Shown here: positions 49,175-58,780 of the stretch, piece by piece
Position numbering within the stretch: position 1 is the first letter of the stretch
Layout: every line of letters starts with the position of its first letter
DNA from: an uncultured delta proteobacterium
Lineage (GTDB): Bacteria; Desulfobacterota; BSN033; UBA1163
DNA: 64,000 nucleotides
Assembly (NCBI GenBank): GCA_963708295.1
Contig: CAVPSJ010000014.1
Coordinates: 128,001-192,000, forward strand
Direction: 5' to 3'
The notes under the pieces: generated by a model
What the model was told of the DNA's origin: nothing
The model's database searches: none
Seen by the model: only the letters and a program-made list of their open reading frames with translations
Program-made: the position numbers and the translations under genes

Positions 49175-51454
49175 ATGGAAAAGTTCTCCTATATCGGAAA
49201 AGATACGAAACGGATCGACACGGCCTCCAAGGCAACGGGTGAAGCCCTCTTCGCGGCAGACCTTGCACTACCCCGGATGCTCGTCGGAAAGGTGCTCAGA
49301 TCCCCCCATGCCCACGCGCGGATCGTGGCGATCGATACCGCAAAGGCGGAAAAACTCCCCGGCGTCAAAGCCGCCATCACCGCGAAGGATACTTGCGGCG
49401 ACAAGTGGGGTGTTTTTAAATACACCCAGGACCAGCAGTTTCTTCCCACCGAGAAGGTCCGTTATGTGGGTGAAGAGGTCGCCGCGGTGGCCGCCGTTGA
49501 CGAAGACACAGCGCTGGAGGCGCTCTCGCTCATTGACGTTACCTACGAAGTACTCCCGGCGGTCTATACCATCGAGGATGCGCTGGCGCCCGGCGCCCCT
49601 CAGCTCCATGACGTCTATCCCAATAACATCAATGTCCACGTCGTCATTGACGTGGGAGACGTTGAAAAAGGTTTCACCGGCTCCTATCTCGTCAGGGAAG
49701 ATACCTTTACCGCCCCGGAAGATTCTTATTTCCAGGGGGAACCCTACGCGGTGGCGGCGCAGTTCGACCACGCGGGAAACCTTGAAATATGGATGCCTAA
49801 CGCCGGGCCCCATCTGAAGGCAAAACCCCTCTCGAATGTGCTCAAGATCCCTCTCAACAAGGTCAGGGTACGCAAAATCACCATCGGTGGCGCCTTCGGA
49901 GGCCGTTCTGAAATATCTCCTGCCGACGTGATCTGTGCGTTCCTCGCGAAGAAGGCCCAACGGCCGGTCAAGATCGTCTACACCCGGGAAGAAAACACAG
50001 TCTGCACGCGACAGGCGCACTCGATGATCACCAAGATAAAAACCGGCGTCGATAAAGAGGGCAGGGTTGTGGCCCGTGACATTACCTGTCACATGGACGG
50101 CGGCGCATACAGCTCCACGGGCCCCATCGCGACCTCCGTGCCGTTCCTCTGCATGGAACAGGCCTACCGGATGGAGAACGTCCGGTATAACGGCTACCGG
50201 ATCCTCACGAACAAGCCTATCCGGGGTATGTTCCGCACCCACGGCAGGGCCTTTGCCTGCGGCGTTGACGTCCAGCTCGACATGATCGGCGAAGCGATGG
50301 GAATCGACCCGCTGACGATGCGGCTTCGCAACGCCAGGCAGACCGGGGACACCACGCCGACGAAGTCCTATGTGGCAAGCTGTGGCCTGACGGAAACGAT
50401 TGAGAAAACGGGTAAGATGTCGCGGTGGACAGAGAAATTCGGGAAACTGCCGCCCTACCATGGCATTGGTATTGGCTGCAATTCAGTACAGACCGGTTTC
50501 CCCATGGGGATCAGGGGTGGGTCGCAGGCCTTTATTAAACTCAACGAAGACGGCGGCGTGACGGTGATTACCGGCATCGTCGATAATGGCCAGGGCAATG
50601 ACCACATGATCGTCCAGATCGCCGCGGAAGAACTGGGACTTACCCCCGATGACGTGCAGCTCATCACTGCCGATACGGAAGTGACCCCCAGCGACCCCGG
50701 CTCGTACTCGATGTGCGAGACCTTCATCGGAGGGAACGCGGTGCGCCTTGCCGCGCAGGATGTGAAGAAGAAACTTTTCAGGATCGCCGCTGGTGAGTTT
50801 GGTGTCAGCGAGGAGGAGCTGAGCGCGAGGAACCGGAAGATCTTTGTAACGAATAACCCCCAACAAACGATGAGCATCACAAAGGCGGTCCGGATCGCGC
50901 TTTCTCGCAACGAATCGATCAGCGGAGAAGGCTCCTACTGGCCCAACGTGGACGGGAAACGCGAATGGGTCAAGAACCCCTACGGCCAGCTCTCGGAGAC
51001 CTTCTCTTTCGGCACCGTCATCTGCGAGGTGAAGGTCGATCCCGAGACGGGCCAGGTGGAGGTATTGGAGGTGACGGCGTCACAGGACGTGGGCTACGCG
51101 CTCAACCCGAAGGTCATCGAAGGACAGTTTGAAGGTGGCGTCGCTATGGGAGGCCAAGGCGGAATGCTCACGGAATACCTCCAGTGGCATGAGGGCAGGG
51201 TGTTGACCCCTACGCAGCTCGGCTATCTCGTGCCCCTCGCCATCGATATGCCGAAGATCAATAATATCATCGTTGAGACCATCGACCCCAACGGCCCTTA
51301 CGGCGCGAAAGAGGCGGGCATGTCCGTCGCCATGAGCGCGGCGCAGGCCTACTGCGGCGCAATCTCCAATGCGGTGGGCGTCTCCTTCCACGAGTATCCC
51401 ATTACGCCGGATAAAATACTGAAGGCCATCGAAGAGAAAAAGAAGCGAGGATGA
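49175..51454 (+). CDS. Xanthine-oxidase-family molybdopterin subunit (HcrA-like)
   Basis: LRSPHAHARI, GGAFGGR, DGGAY, FRTHG, GQG, DVG.ALNP..IEGQ, GPYGAKEAG. Confidence 0.92.
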   Translation: MEKFSYIGKDTKRIDTASKATGEALFAADLALPRMLVGKVLRSPHAHARIVAIDTAKAEKLPGVKAAITAKDTCGDKWGVFKYTQDQQFLPTEKVRYVGEEVAAVAAVDEDTALEALSLIDVTYEVLPAVYTIEDALAPGAPQLHDVYPNNINVHVVIDVGDVEKGFTGSYLVREDTFTAPEDSYFQGEPYAVAAQFDHAGNLEIWMPNAGPHLKAKPLSNVLKIPLNKVRVRKITIGGAFGGRSEISPADVICAFLAKKAQRPVKIVYTREENTVCTRQAHSMITKIKTGVDKEGRVVARDITCHMDGGAYSSTGPIATSVPFLCMEQAYRMENVRYNGYRILTNKPIRGMFRTHGRAFACGVDVQLDMIGEAMGIDPLTMRLRNARQTGDTTPTKSYVASCGLTETIEKTGKMSRWTEKFGKLPPYHGIGIGCNSVQTGFPMGIRGGSQAFIKLNEDGGVTVITGIVDNGQGNDHMIVQIAAEELGLTPDDVQLITADTEVTPSDPGSYSMCETFIGGNAVRLAAQDVKKKLFRIAAGEFGVSEEELSARNRKIFVTNNPQQTMSITKAVRIALSRNESISGEGSYWPNVDGKREWVKNPYGQLSETFSFGTVICEVKVDPETGQVEVLEVTASQDVGYALNPKVIEGQFEGGVAMGGQGGMLTEYLQWHEGRVLTPTQLGYLVPLAIDMPKINNIIVETIDPNGPYGAKEAGMSVAMSAAQAYCGAISNAVGVSFHEYPITPDKILKAIEEKKKRG

Positions 51455-51464
51455 GAAGGGTGAA

Positions 51465-51661
51465 CCCCATCAGAAAGTCTTCGGCCGAAACGTGCCCCGC
51501 AAGCCCCGCCCTTATATGGGCGGGGAGCTTCACTTTCCAACGGGACGACTCACATGGGGCTTTGTACCACGTGTTGGCTCAGAAAGGAAGCTTATTTTCG
51601 TCCCCGCTACAAGCCCTGCACCGCATGGTGTACAGGGCAAGCAGCGGGCTTTCTAACGGGG
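51465..51661. mobile_element. MITE-like element, family B, flanked by a TGAA direct repeat and containing a family C repeat
   Basis: TGAA|CCCCATCAGAAA...TTTCTAACGGGG|TGAA. Confidence 0.65.
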
Positions 51662-51667
51662 TGAACC

Positions 51668-52090
51668 ATGAAAATAGAGAAGATCGATCATATCTGTTTC
51701 GCTGTGAAAGATCTTGAAAAAACGAAAAAGGCATACCAAGAAGATTTTGGGTTAATCCCAACCTATGAATATATTGCAGAATCAGAAAAGATCAAAGTCG
51801 CCAGGTATTCTATCGGTGAGGTTGCGGTGGAGTTTATGGAATCCACTGCGCCGGATGGAGAAGTTGCTAAATTCATCGAGAGCAGAGGTGAAGGTGCCTA
51901 CCTGATAGCCTATAAAGTAGATGATCTTTCAAAGGCAATGGAGGAACTCAAAGATAAAAATGTCAAACTCATCGATCGTCAGCCCAGGGAGCTCTTCGGG
52001 ACCCGATATGCCTTCGTACACCATCCCAATAAGCTTCACGGCGTGCTTACCGAACTTCTGGAAGGGGATTTCGATATAAACAAGCAATAA
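51668..52090 (+). CDS. VOC-family protein, methylmalonyl-CoA epimerase-like
   Basis: IDHICFAV.D, VEFME, KFIESRGEG, F.HP..LHGVLTEL. Confidence 0.85.
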   Translation: MKIEKIDHICFAVKDLEKTKKAYQEDFGLIPTYEYIAESEKIKVARYSIGEVAVEFMESTAPDGEVAKFIESRGEGAYLIAYKVDDLSKAMEELKDKNVKLIDRQPRELFGTRYAFVHHPNKLHGVLTELLEGDFDINKQ

Positions 52091-52097
52091 CACCATT

Positions 52098-52213
52098 CCG
52101 ATCCCCCTCCCAGCCTCCCCCTTGAAGGGGGAGGAAGATAGCGATTCCCCTCCCCGTCAGGGGGAGGGAAAGGGCACGCGGCGGAAGCGCCTGCGTTGCG
52201 CGTGGGGGTGGGG
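52098..52213. repeat. REP/MITE-like element, family A copy 3
   Basis: ATCCCCCTCCCAGCCTCCCCCTTGAAGGGGGAGG...GGGGGAGGGAAGGG...GTGGGGGTGGGG. Confidence 0.8.
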
Positions 52214-52266
52214 TTCATTAGATACCTATTCAATTGTGGACCGATGAGCAAAAGGAGGGAGTGAGA

Positions 52267-53409
52267 ATGAATGCGTTAGTTTTAGGCGGAACGGGGGGAA
52301 TGGGCCAGGGAGTCGCCCGGGACCTCATTAAGCAGGAGCAGATCAGGAAGGTCATTCTGGGTGATATCCTTACAGACCCCGGCAGGTTGCAAGAGAAGTT
52401 GCGGGCCAGTGAAAAGGTATCGCTCAGGAAAATCGATGTGAACGACCACAATGGCTTGGTCAGCTCGATCAGGGATGCCGATGTGGTCGTCAACTGCGCA
52501 GGGCCATTCTACAAGACGGCAGTGGCAGTCGCCAGGGCAGCGGTTGAAGCAAAGGTGAATTATATCGATATTTGCGATGACTATGAGGCGACTGAGATTC
52601 TTTTTGCATCGGATATCGATAGGGCCGCTCGGGAAGCGGGGATCACCGTCCTGACGGGAATGGGATCGGATCCGGGAACAAACAACGTCATCGTCAAGTG
52701 GTACGCCAATCGACTGGATCGGGTTGATGAGATCGCCTTATTCTGGGTCGTCAGTATCGCCGAGCTCGCGGGTGCAGCCTGGGATCATAGCCTCCATATG
52801 ACCTTAGGCAAAATCCCCCAGTACTTGGACGGTAAGCTGGAATATGTTGAAGGAGGGACCGGCCTAGAGACGGCTCAATTCCTTGAACCCCTTGGTACGT
52901 GTCAGGTTCGCTATGTGGGTCACCCTCAGCCACTCACCATCCCCCGCTATATTCAAGGGGTGAAAAGAGTGGTGATCAAAGGGGCGCTCATTCCTCCTTG
53001 GGTAGACGAACTCATCAAAGAACAGAAGGAGACAGGTTTTCTCAGTAAAGAGCCGATAGAGGTCAAAGGGACCAAAGTCGTCCCCTATGATCTGACTTTG
53101 CGGCTCTGGAATGCCATTCCCAATAACCGGGATAAAGGACCTTTCGCTTCCGGCTTGAAAGTGATCGTCAAGGGAGAGAGGGAAGGAAAACAGGTGACCT
53201 ACACGGCCGACATCGTGGGCAGGATGGCGCCGGGAACAGGACTTCCCGCCTCGATCGCAGCTCTGATGCTGGACGCCGGCGATGTCAAGGTCAAGGGAGT
53301 GGTTGCCCCGGAGGGCTGCATCGATCCGGAAAAGTTCCTTGCCGAATTACTCAAGAGGGGCGCCAGAATACATCAAACGGAAACGATCAAGTCCATGCTT
53401 GAAGTTTAG
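52267..53409 (+). CDS. Saccharopine dehydrogenase-family oxidoreductase
   Basis: LGGTGGMG, VNCAGPFY, YIDICDD, GMGSDPG..N, GV.APE. Confidence 0.88.
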   Translation: MNALVLGGTGGMGQGVARDLIKQEQIRKVILGDILTDPGRLQEKLRASEKVSLRKIDVNDHNGLVSSIRDADVVVNCAGPFYKTAVAVARAAVEAKVNYIDICDDYEATEILFASDIDRAAREAGITVLTGMGSDPGTNNVIVKWYANRLDRVDEIALFWVVSIAELAGAAWDHSLHMTLGKIPQYLDGKLEYVEGGTGLETAQFLEPLGTCQVRYVGHPQPLTIPRYIQGVKRVVIKGALIPPWVDELIKEQKETGFLSKEPIEVKGTKVVPYDLTLRLWNAIPNNRDKGPFASGLKVIVKGEREGKQVTYTADIVGRMAPGTGLPASIAALMLDAGDVKVKGVVAPEGCIDPEKFLAELLKRGARIHQTETIKSMLEV

Positions 53410-53412
53410 TAT

Positions 53413-53566
53413 CAGGCTGCTGAAAAACGCCCATCTGCTGCGTTTCCCGCTACGCCTCTGGCCGACTCACCAACTCGTCGGCGTGGCAAGATGTCGCTCT
53501 TTATTCGTCGCGACGCCACTCTCAGGGTTTCGGGGGCCTTGCATTTGGGCATTTTTGAGCAGCCTG
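53413..53566. mobile_element. MITE with IS-like ends CAGGCTGCTGAAAAA...TTTTTGAGCAGCCTG
   Basis: Imperfect ~21-bp terminal inverted repeats; no transposase inside. Confidence 0.65.
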
Positions 53567-53623
53567 GAAAGAGTTGCTTATTCAACAACCTGATGGCCCT
53601 GGAATGTGAGGAGGAGGAACTTT

Positions 53624-54886
53624 ATGTCTATGAAAGAGATTAAGAAACTAAACATAGCGAAAAGTCTGGAGCTTTTTGGAGAGGCCACGAAGATTATTCC
53701 CGGAGGAGTCCTGGGTGCCAGAAAACCCAGTGATTTTATCGAAGGAGAATATCCCATCTTTCTTGAATGTGGCAAGGGCTGCAGATTAACCGATGTTGAT
53801 GGAAATGAATATATCGACTTCCTCTGTGGCTATGGGCCGATCATCCTGGGCTATCGAGAAGAGGAAGTGGATGAAGCGGTGATCAGGCAAATCAGAGACA
53901 AGGGCTTCTGCTTCACGCTCACGCAGAGGTATCAGAATCAGCTCGCGAAGAAGCTGAGCGAACTCGTCCCCTCCTCCGAAATGAGCATTTTTTTAAAGAC
54001 CGGTTCCGATGCCACCACGGCAAGCATCCGTATTGCAAGGGCATACACAAATCGCATCAAGGTCGTGCGCTGCGGCTATCACGGATGGCATGACTGGTGC
54101 GTCGAAATGAAAGGGGGCATTCCTGAAAAGTTCTACGAAGATGTGTATGAATTTCGTTACAACAATCTCCATCAGCTCGAGGATTTGATGGTGAGATATG
54201 GCGATCAGACCGCTGCCATCATTATGACCCCATTTGGGCATCCCAACCATCAGAAAATGGAAGAACCTCAACCGGGTTTTCTTGAAGGAGTGAGAGAAAT
54301 CGCTACCCGGTACGGCGCAGTGCTCATCTTTGATGAAGTCCGCACCAATTTCAGGCTCAGCATGGGGGGCGCCCAAAAGCTGTATGGAGTCACGCCGGAC
54401 TTATCGGTCCTTGGAAAGAGTATGGCCAACGGATATGCGATCAGTGCCGTCAGCGGAAAAAATGAGGTCATGATGGCTGCAGAAAAGAAGCTTTTCATAT
54501 CGTCCACCTTCTTCCCGAACAGTGATGGTTATGTTGCCGCCCTCAAGACCATTGAAATCCTGGAACGTGAGAATGTGATTGACCACATATGGGAAAAGGG
54601 TAACCGCTTTCTGGAGAAAGTTCGGGATATCATCGGCAGGTATCCTGTGGGAGCGGAACTGACCGGTGTTGCACCGATGTTTTATATCACTTTCAAAAAG
54701 GATGCAGCGGAGACTCACAGAAAGAGACGGGATGATTTCTATACTCAACTTATCCGCAAGGGCATCTTTTTGCACCCACACCACCACGGATACATCAGCT
54801 ACAGACATACCGAACAGGATCTGGGCATGACTGTTCAAGCCATCGATGAAGCCCTGGCCTACGTAAAAGATAAACATCAAAAATAG
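53624..54886 (+). CDS. Class III PLP aminotransferase (glutamate-1-semialdehyde aminomutase-like)
   Basis: IPGG, DVDGNEYIDF, KTGSDAT, YHGWHDW, IFDEVRT.FR, PDL..LGKSMANG. Confidence 0.9.
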   Translation: MSMKEIKKLNIAKSLELFGEATKIIPGGVLGARKPSDFIEGEYPIFLECGKGCRLTDVDGNEYIDFLCGYGPIILGYREEEVDEAVIRQIRDKGFCFTLTQRYQNQLAKKLSELVPSSEMSIFLKTGSDATTASIRIARAYTNRIKVVRCGYHGWHDWCVEMKGGIPEKFYEDVYEFRYNNLHQLEDLMVRYGDQTAAIIMTPFGHPNHQKMEEPQPGFLEGVREIATRYGAVLIFDEVRTNFRLSMGGAQKLYGVTPDLSVLGKSMANGYAISAVSGKNEVMMAAEKKLFISSTFFPNSDGYVAALKTIEILERENVIDHIWEKGNRFLEKVRDIIGRYPVGAELTGVAPMFYITFKKDAAETHRKRRDDFYTQLIRKGIFLHPHHHGYISYRHTEQDLGMTVQAIDEALAYVKDKHQK

Positions 54887-54961
54887 CCTGTTCAATGAAA
54901 TAAAAAGCCATCATTTTCGCTACGAGGGACGGGAGGACCTTCTGAAGATATAAATTACCTA

Positions 54962-54990
54962 TTGACACATCAACCTAAGTGATGTATATT
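54962..54990 (+). promoter_or_regulatory. Promoter of the TA operon with autoregulatory inverted repeat; probably leaderless
   Basis: TTGACA-N17-TATATT; ACATCA-N7-TGATGT; ATG 8 nt after the -10 box with no SD. Confidence 0.7.
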
Positions 54991-54997
54991 TTTATAC

Positions 54998-55255
54998 ATG
55001 AAAAGCTTAAAGAAAAAACCCATTCAGATCTATATTGAGCCCCAGCAGGATTATGTTTTGGGGAACCTTGCCAAAAAGAGAGGAATATCCAAAGCGGAGA
55101 TCATCCGAAATAGTCTTGACAAGTTTCTAAGAGAGATCCCCTTGGAAGAAGATCCTGGAATGGGTTTGGTTGGACTTGGAAAATCTGGTCAGAGGGATCT
55201 CTCTGATCATCATGATAAATATCTTGCCAAATATGCGAGACCAAAGAAAAAGTGA
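54998..55255 (+). CDS. Ribbon-helix-helix (CopG-like) antitoxin
   Basis: IQIYI...LAKKRGISKAEIIR, DLS..HDKYL; overlaps the PIN gene. Confidence 0.85.
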   Translation: MKSLKKKPIQIYIEPQQDYVLGNLAKKRGISKAEIIRNSLDKFLREIPLEEDPGMGLVGLGKSGQRDLSDHHDKYLAKYARPKKK

Positions 55256-55668
55256 TGATGCTCGAGGATATATTTGTAGATAGTAGTGCTTGGATTGCCT
55301 TAGCCGATAAAGATGATTCACACCACAAGCAGGCCGCTTCAAGTTATCTCCCGATTTTTAAGGATCATAAAACTTTAATCACAAGCAATCTCGTCGTCGC
55401 CGAAACCTATATCGTCCTCCTAAAAGAACTGGGGCATAAGGCAGCCATCGAATTTCTTGAGAGAATAAAGGCAAGCCCAAGGATTTTGAAAATCTTTTCA
55501 AACGAGAACATTGAAGCGGAGGCTGAAGGGATATTAGTGAAGTATATCGATCAGGAGTTCAGTTATGTAGATGCTGTCAGTTTTGTGATCATGAAGAGGC
55601 AAAAGATTAAAAAGGCTTTTTGCTTTGATAAACATTTTGTGACAGCAGGTTTTATGAATGTCCCGTAA
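55252..55668 (+). CDS. vapC: PIN-domain VapC toxin
   Basis: FVDSSAWIAL, E..., SYVDAVSF, FD.HF..AGF. Confidence 0.88.
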   Translation: MMMLEDIFVDSSAWIALADKDDSHHKQAASSYLPIFKDHKTLITSNLVVAETYIVLLKELGHKAAIEFLERIKASPRILKIFSNENIEAEAEGILVKYIDQEFSYVDAVSFVIMKRQKIKKAFCFDKHFVTAGFMNVP

Positions 55669-56076
55669 ACTCCCTCAGTGCCTCAGAAAACAATTCTCAA
55701 AACTAAAAACGAGCAAGCCAAAACAGATCCCTATAGACGAGAATGGGTTTGGTAGAAAGAGAAAGCGCTTCCGTGGGACGGACAATTATAGAGAAGCCTC
55801 AGAGTTATCGGAAAGATTTGAGGGAAAAGAGGACTTCTACCCGAATTCAATAAAATGCCCCTCTTTGTTTTCAATGCAGATTTCAACCAGATATCTTCAG
55901 TTTTAGCAAAGTGTAGGAAGTGGCAAGATATATTCATCTTCCGATACCGCCAAAACCTGGGACCGTGGAGTATTTCCTGTAACTGTTGACTAACAGATTT
56001 TGACCATAATGCATGACTTTAATCGTTACCTACAATACTGGTCTAAAACCTTTGTCTATTTGGTGGCCTTTTTTTC

Positions 56077-56105
56077 TTGACATACAACCCCCTTTTTTAT
56101 ATGCT
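56077..56105 (+). promoter_or_regulatory. Sigma70 promoter of the Rid-domain gene
   Basis: TTGACA-N17-TATGCT. Confidence 0.6.
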
Positions 56106-56222
56106 CAACTCGCTTTAATGCAAGGCCCGACGGACGCCACAATTTCGATGCGATCTTGTGTGCAGATAGTGATCAGGAGGGGTGGTCGAGAAGCACATCA
56201 TTTCCTAAAAGGAGGCAGGAAG

Positions 56223-57512
56223 ATGGACTGGGAAGTGAAATATTATCCGGAATACTGGGATGGGAAGAAGCTGGCTTATCCCCATGTGCCAAAAGAATCG
56301 CCGAAGTTCGCCAGGAGTATGACCGTTGGTAACCTCATCTTCGTTTCTGGCTGCACCGGCCAGGATACGATTACCGGCAAACCCACAGCAGAAAAATTTG
56401 AGGACCAGATGATCATGGCCCTGACCAAGGTCAAAATGGCCATGGAAGAGGCGGGAAGCTCCATGGAGAACGTCGTCAAGACCGTTATGCTGGTCAAACG
56501 ACTGGCTGATTACCCCAAGATGCGCAAGACAGAGGTGGAGTTTTATCAGAAGCATGCACCCTATCTGGTAGAAAACCCTCCGGCAAGCACGTTCATCGCT
56601 CCCGCCTCTCTGGCAAAGCCCGAGTTCCTGATCGAGGTTGACGTGATTGGCGTCATCAACAGAAACGCACCTGACTGGAACGTCAAATATTATGCGGAAT
56701 ACTGGGGCGGCAAGAAGCTGGCTTATCCGCATGTGCCAAAAGAACACCCCAAGTTTGCCCGAACCGAGGTGGTTGGGAACCTGGTGATTGTCTCAGGCTG
56801 TGAGGCCCTAAATCATGACACGGTGAAGGTGGAAACGAGCGACTTCAAAGAACAGACAAGGATCTGTTTAGAGAAGATTAAAGTCGGTATGGCAGAAACG
56901 GGCGGTTCTATCGATAACCTGGTCAAGACTTACGTTCTGCTTAAAGATATAAAGGATTACCCTCGTATACCGAGAGGTGGAGCAGGAGTTTTTCAAGAAA
57001 CATGCCCCCAGATTTAGCCAAGAACCCGCCCGCCAGCACCGTCATTAATGTCAGCAGTCTGGCACTTCCTGAGTTTCTGGTGGAGGTTGAGGCTTTCGGA
57101 GTGATTGATCAAAAGACTCCCGGCTGGACGACGAAATACTATCCAGGAAGCAAAGAAGCTTCCAGCAGCGCTTCAGCGGGCAAGCTGCTTTTCCTTTCCG
57201 GTTGTGATGGATCGAATCCCAAAACCGGTAAGATGGAAACCGCAGTCATTGAACAGCAGATCAACATCGCTCTGGATAAGGTTAAAGCAGCCCTGGAACG
57301 AGCCGGGAGTTCAATGGAAAAGGTGGTGAAGACCTTTATGCTCCTGAAGCACCTGGAGGATTATCCCAAGATGCGCAAGGCAGAGGTGGAATATTATCAG
57401 AAGCATGCGCCGCACTTGGTTGATAACCCTCCGGTCAGCACCTTCATGCAACTGATCCAGCATGACAAATCCAGAGGCGCTGTTTGAGATAGACGTAACA
57501 GCCGTTCTTTAG
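56223..57512 (+). CDS. Protein with three tandem Rid/YjgF/UK114 domains; frameshifts near 56967, 57007 and 57454
   Basis: Three repeats of (V/A)G(N/K)L...SGC...Q...L.K.K......G.S....VKT...K...DYP...NPP.ST......E...E(V/I); AGGAGG RBS before ATG 56223. Confidence 0.85.
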
Positions 57513-57748
57513 GTTGAAGCAAGATGCAATTGATTTACGTTGGTTCGGGCCGAAGTCCGTATGGATTGATTTTACCATGTTTGAGAATTCTTTTTGGACG
57601 GTTTTTCTTGACCTATGACCCATAATCCCTTTTTTGTTTTATAGTTAGCCCATCATTTTGTTTATCCGTTGGAGTCGGCATATATTATATAATGATCACT
57701 GTACTCAGGAGGGTGAAGGTCTCTTAGCTCGAATTTAAGGAGGGATTG

Positions 57749-58690
57749 ATGGAATACCGGAATCTTGGCAATTCAGGGCTCAAGGTGTCAGTTCTGGGGC
57801 TGGGAGCGAACAATTTTGGCTGGTGGATAGACGAGCAGCGTTCAACGACAGTCATCAACCATGCCCTGGAACTCGGCATCAATTTTATTGACACCGCGGA
57901 CTGGTATGACAATGGTCGGTCGGAGGAATATATCGGTTCGACGCTTAAAGGGAGACGAACAGGGGTTCTTATCGCTACCAAATTCTCCCAACCCATGGGG
58001 GAAGGTCCCAATGATCGCGGCGGTTCGCGCTGGTATATTAAGAGGGCGGTGGAGGCCAGCTTGAAACGGCTCAACACCGACTATATTGACCTGTACCAGA
58101 TGCACCATCCTGACCCAACGACGCCCATTGAAGAAACGTTGCGCGCTCTTGATGACCTTGTGAAAGCCGGCAAGGTGCGCTACATCGGTTGCTCCAACTT
58201 CAACGGGTGGCAACTTTCCGAGGCGATGTGGACATCCCGAGTCAACAACTTGAATTCCTTTGTAACGGTGCAGCCTAGGTACAACCTCTTTGAGCGCCAG
58301 ATTGAGCAGGAGCTGGTGCCCTGCTGTAAGGCACACGGAGTTGGAGTCATACCTTGGGGTCCCCTAGCAGGGGGATTCCTGACCGGTAAGTACCGCCGTG
58401 GCGAACAACCCCCGCCCCCGGCTTCGGGTGCAAATCCCGCTAAGGCCTTCACCGAATTGTATAATGCTGTTATCACAGACGTGAACTGGGAGAGACTCGG
58501 GAAGCTTGACGCCTTTGCCAAAACCCGGGGGCACAAGGTGAGCGAGCTGGCTATTGCCTGGCTGCTTTCGCTTCCGTGGGTGTGTTCGGTCATTGCCGGC
58601 GCTACCACGCCGGAGCAACTTGATGCGAACTTAGCCGGGGCCCACTGGAAGTTGACCGCAGAGGAAGTTACCCGGATTGAGCAAATCTGA
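57749..58690 (+). CDS. Aldo/keto reductase
   Basis: YRNLGNSGLKVS, DTADWY, IATK, SLKRL.TDYIDLYQ.H, GKVRYIGCSN, PLAGG.LTGKY. Confidence 0.95.
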   Translation: MEYRNLGNSGLKVSVLGLGANNFGWWIDEQRSTTVINHALELGINFIDTADWYDNGRSEEYIGSTLKGRRTGVLIATKFSQPMGEGPNDRGGSRWYIKRAVEASLKRLNTDYIDLYQMHHPDPTTPIEETLRALDDLVKAGKVRYIGCSNFNGWQLSEAMWTSRVNNLNSFVTVQPRYNLFERQIEQELVPCCKAHGVGVIPWGPLAGGFLTGKYRRGEQPPPPASGANPAKAFTELYNAVITDVNWERLGKLDAFAKTRGHKVSELAIAWLLSLPWVCSVIAGATTPEQLDANLAGAHWKLTAEEVTRIEQI

Positions 58691-58780
58691 GCCTCCGCTG
58701 GGTTCGTTCATCTTCGGCGGGAAAGTACGATCACCAAAGACTACCCTTAACCCTGCTTCGTTAGATGTGCCCGCCCCGCA

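Noticed and set aside
49268-50461. Long antisense ORFs (this 397-aa one and 38176-39369)
   Set aside because: They shadow well-supported GC-rich genes on the opposite strand and show no motifs
53624-54886. hemL assignment
   Set aside because: Family motifs fit but the N-terminal and substrate-loop sequences (GVLGARKP, YHGWHDW) differ from HemL, and no hem genes are nearby
56105-56222. Riboswitch upstream of the Rid gene
   Set aside because: No recognisable aptamer consensus by eye; an Rfam scan would be needed
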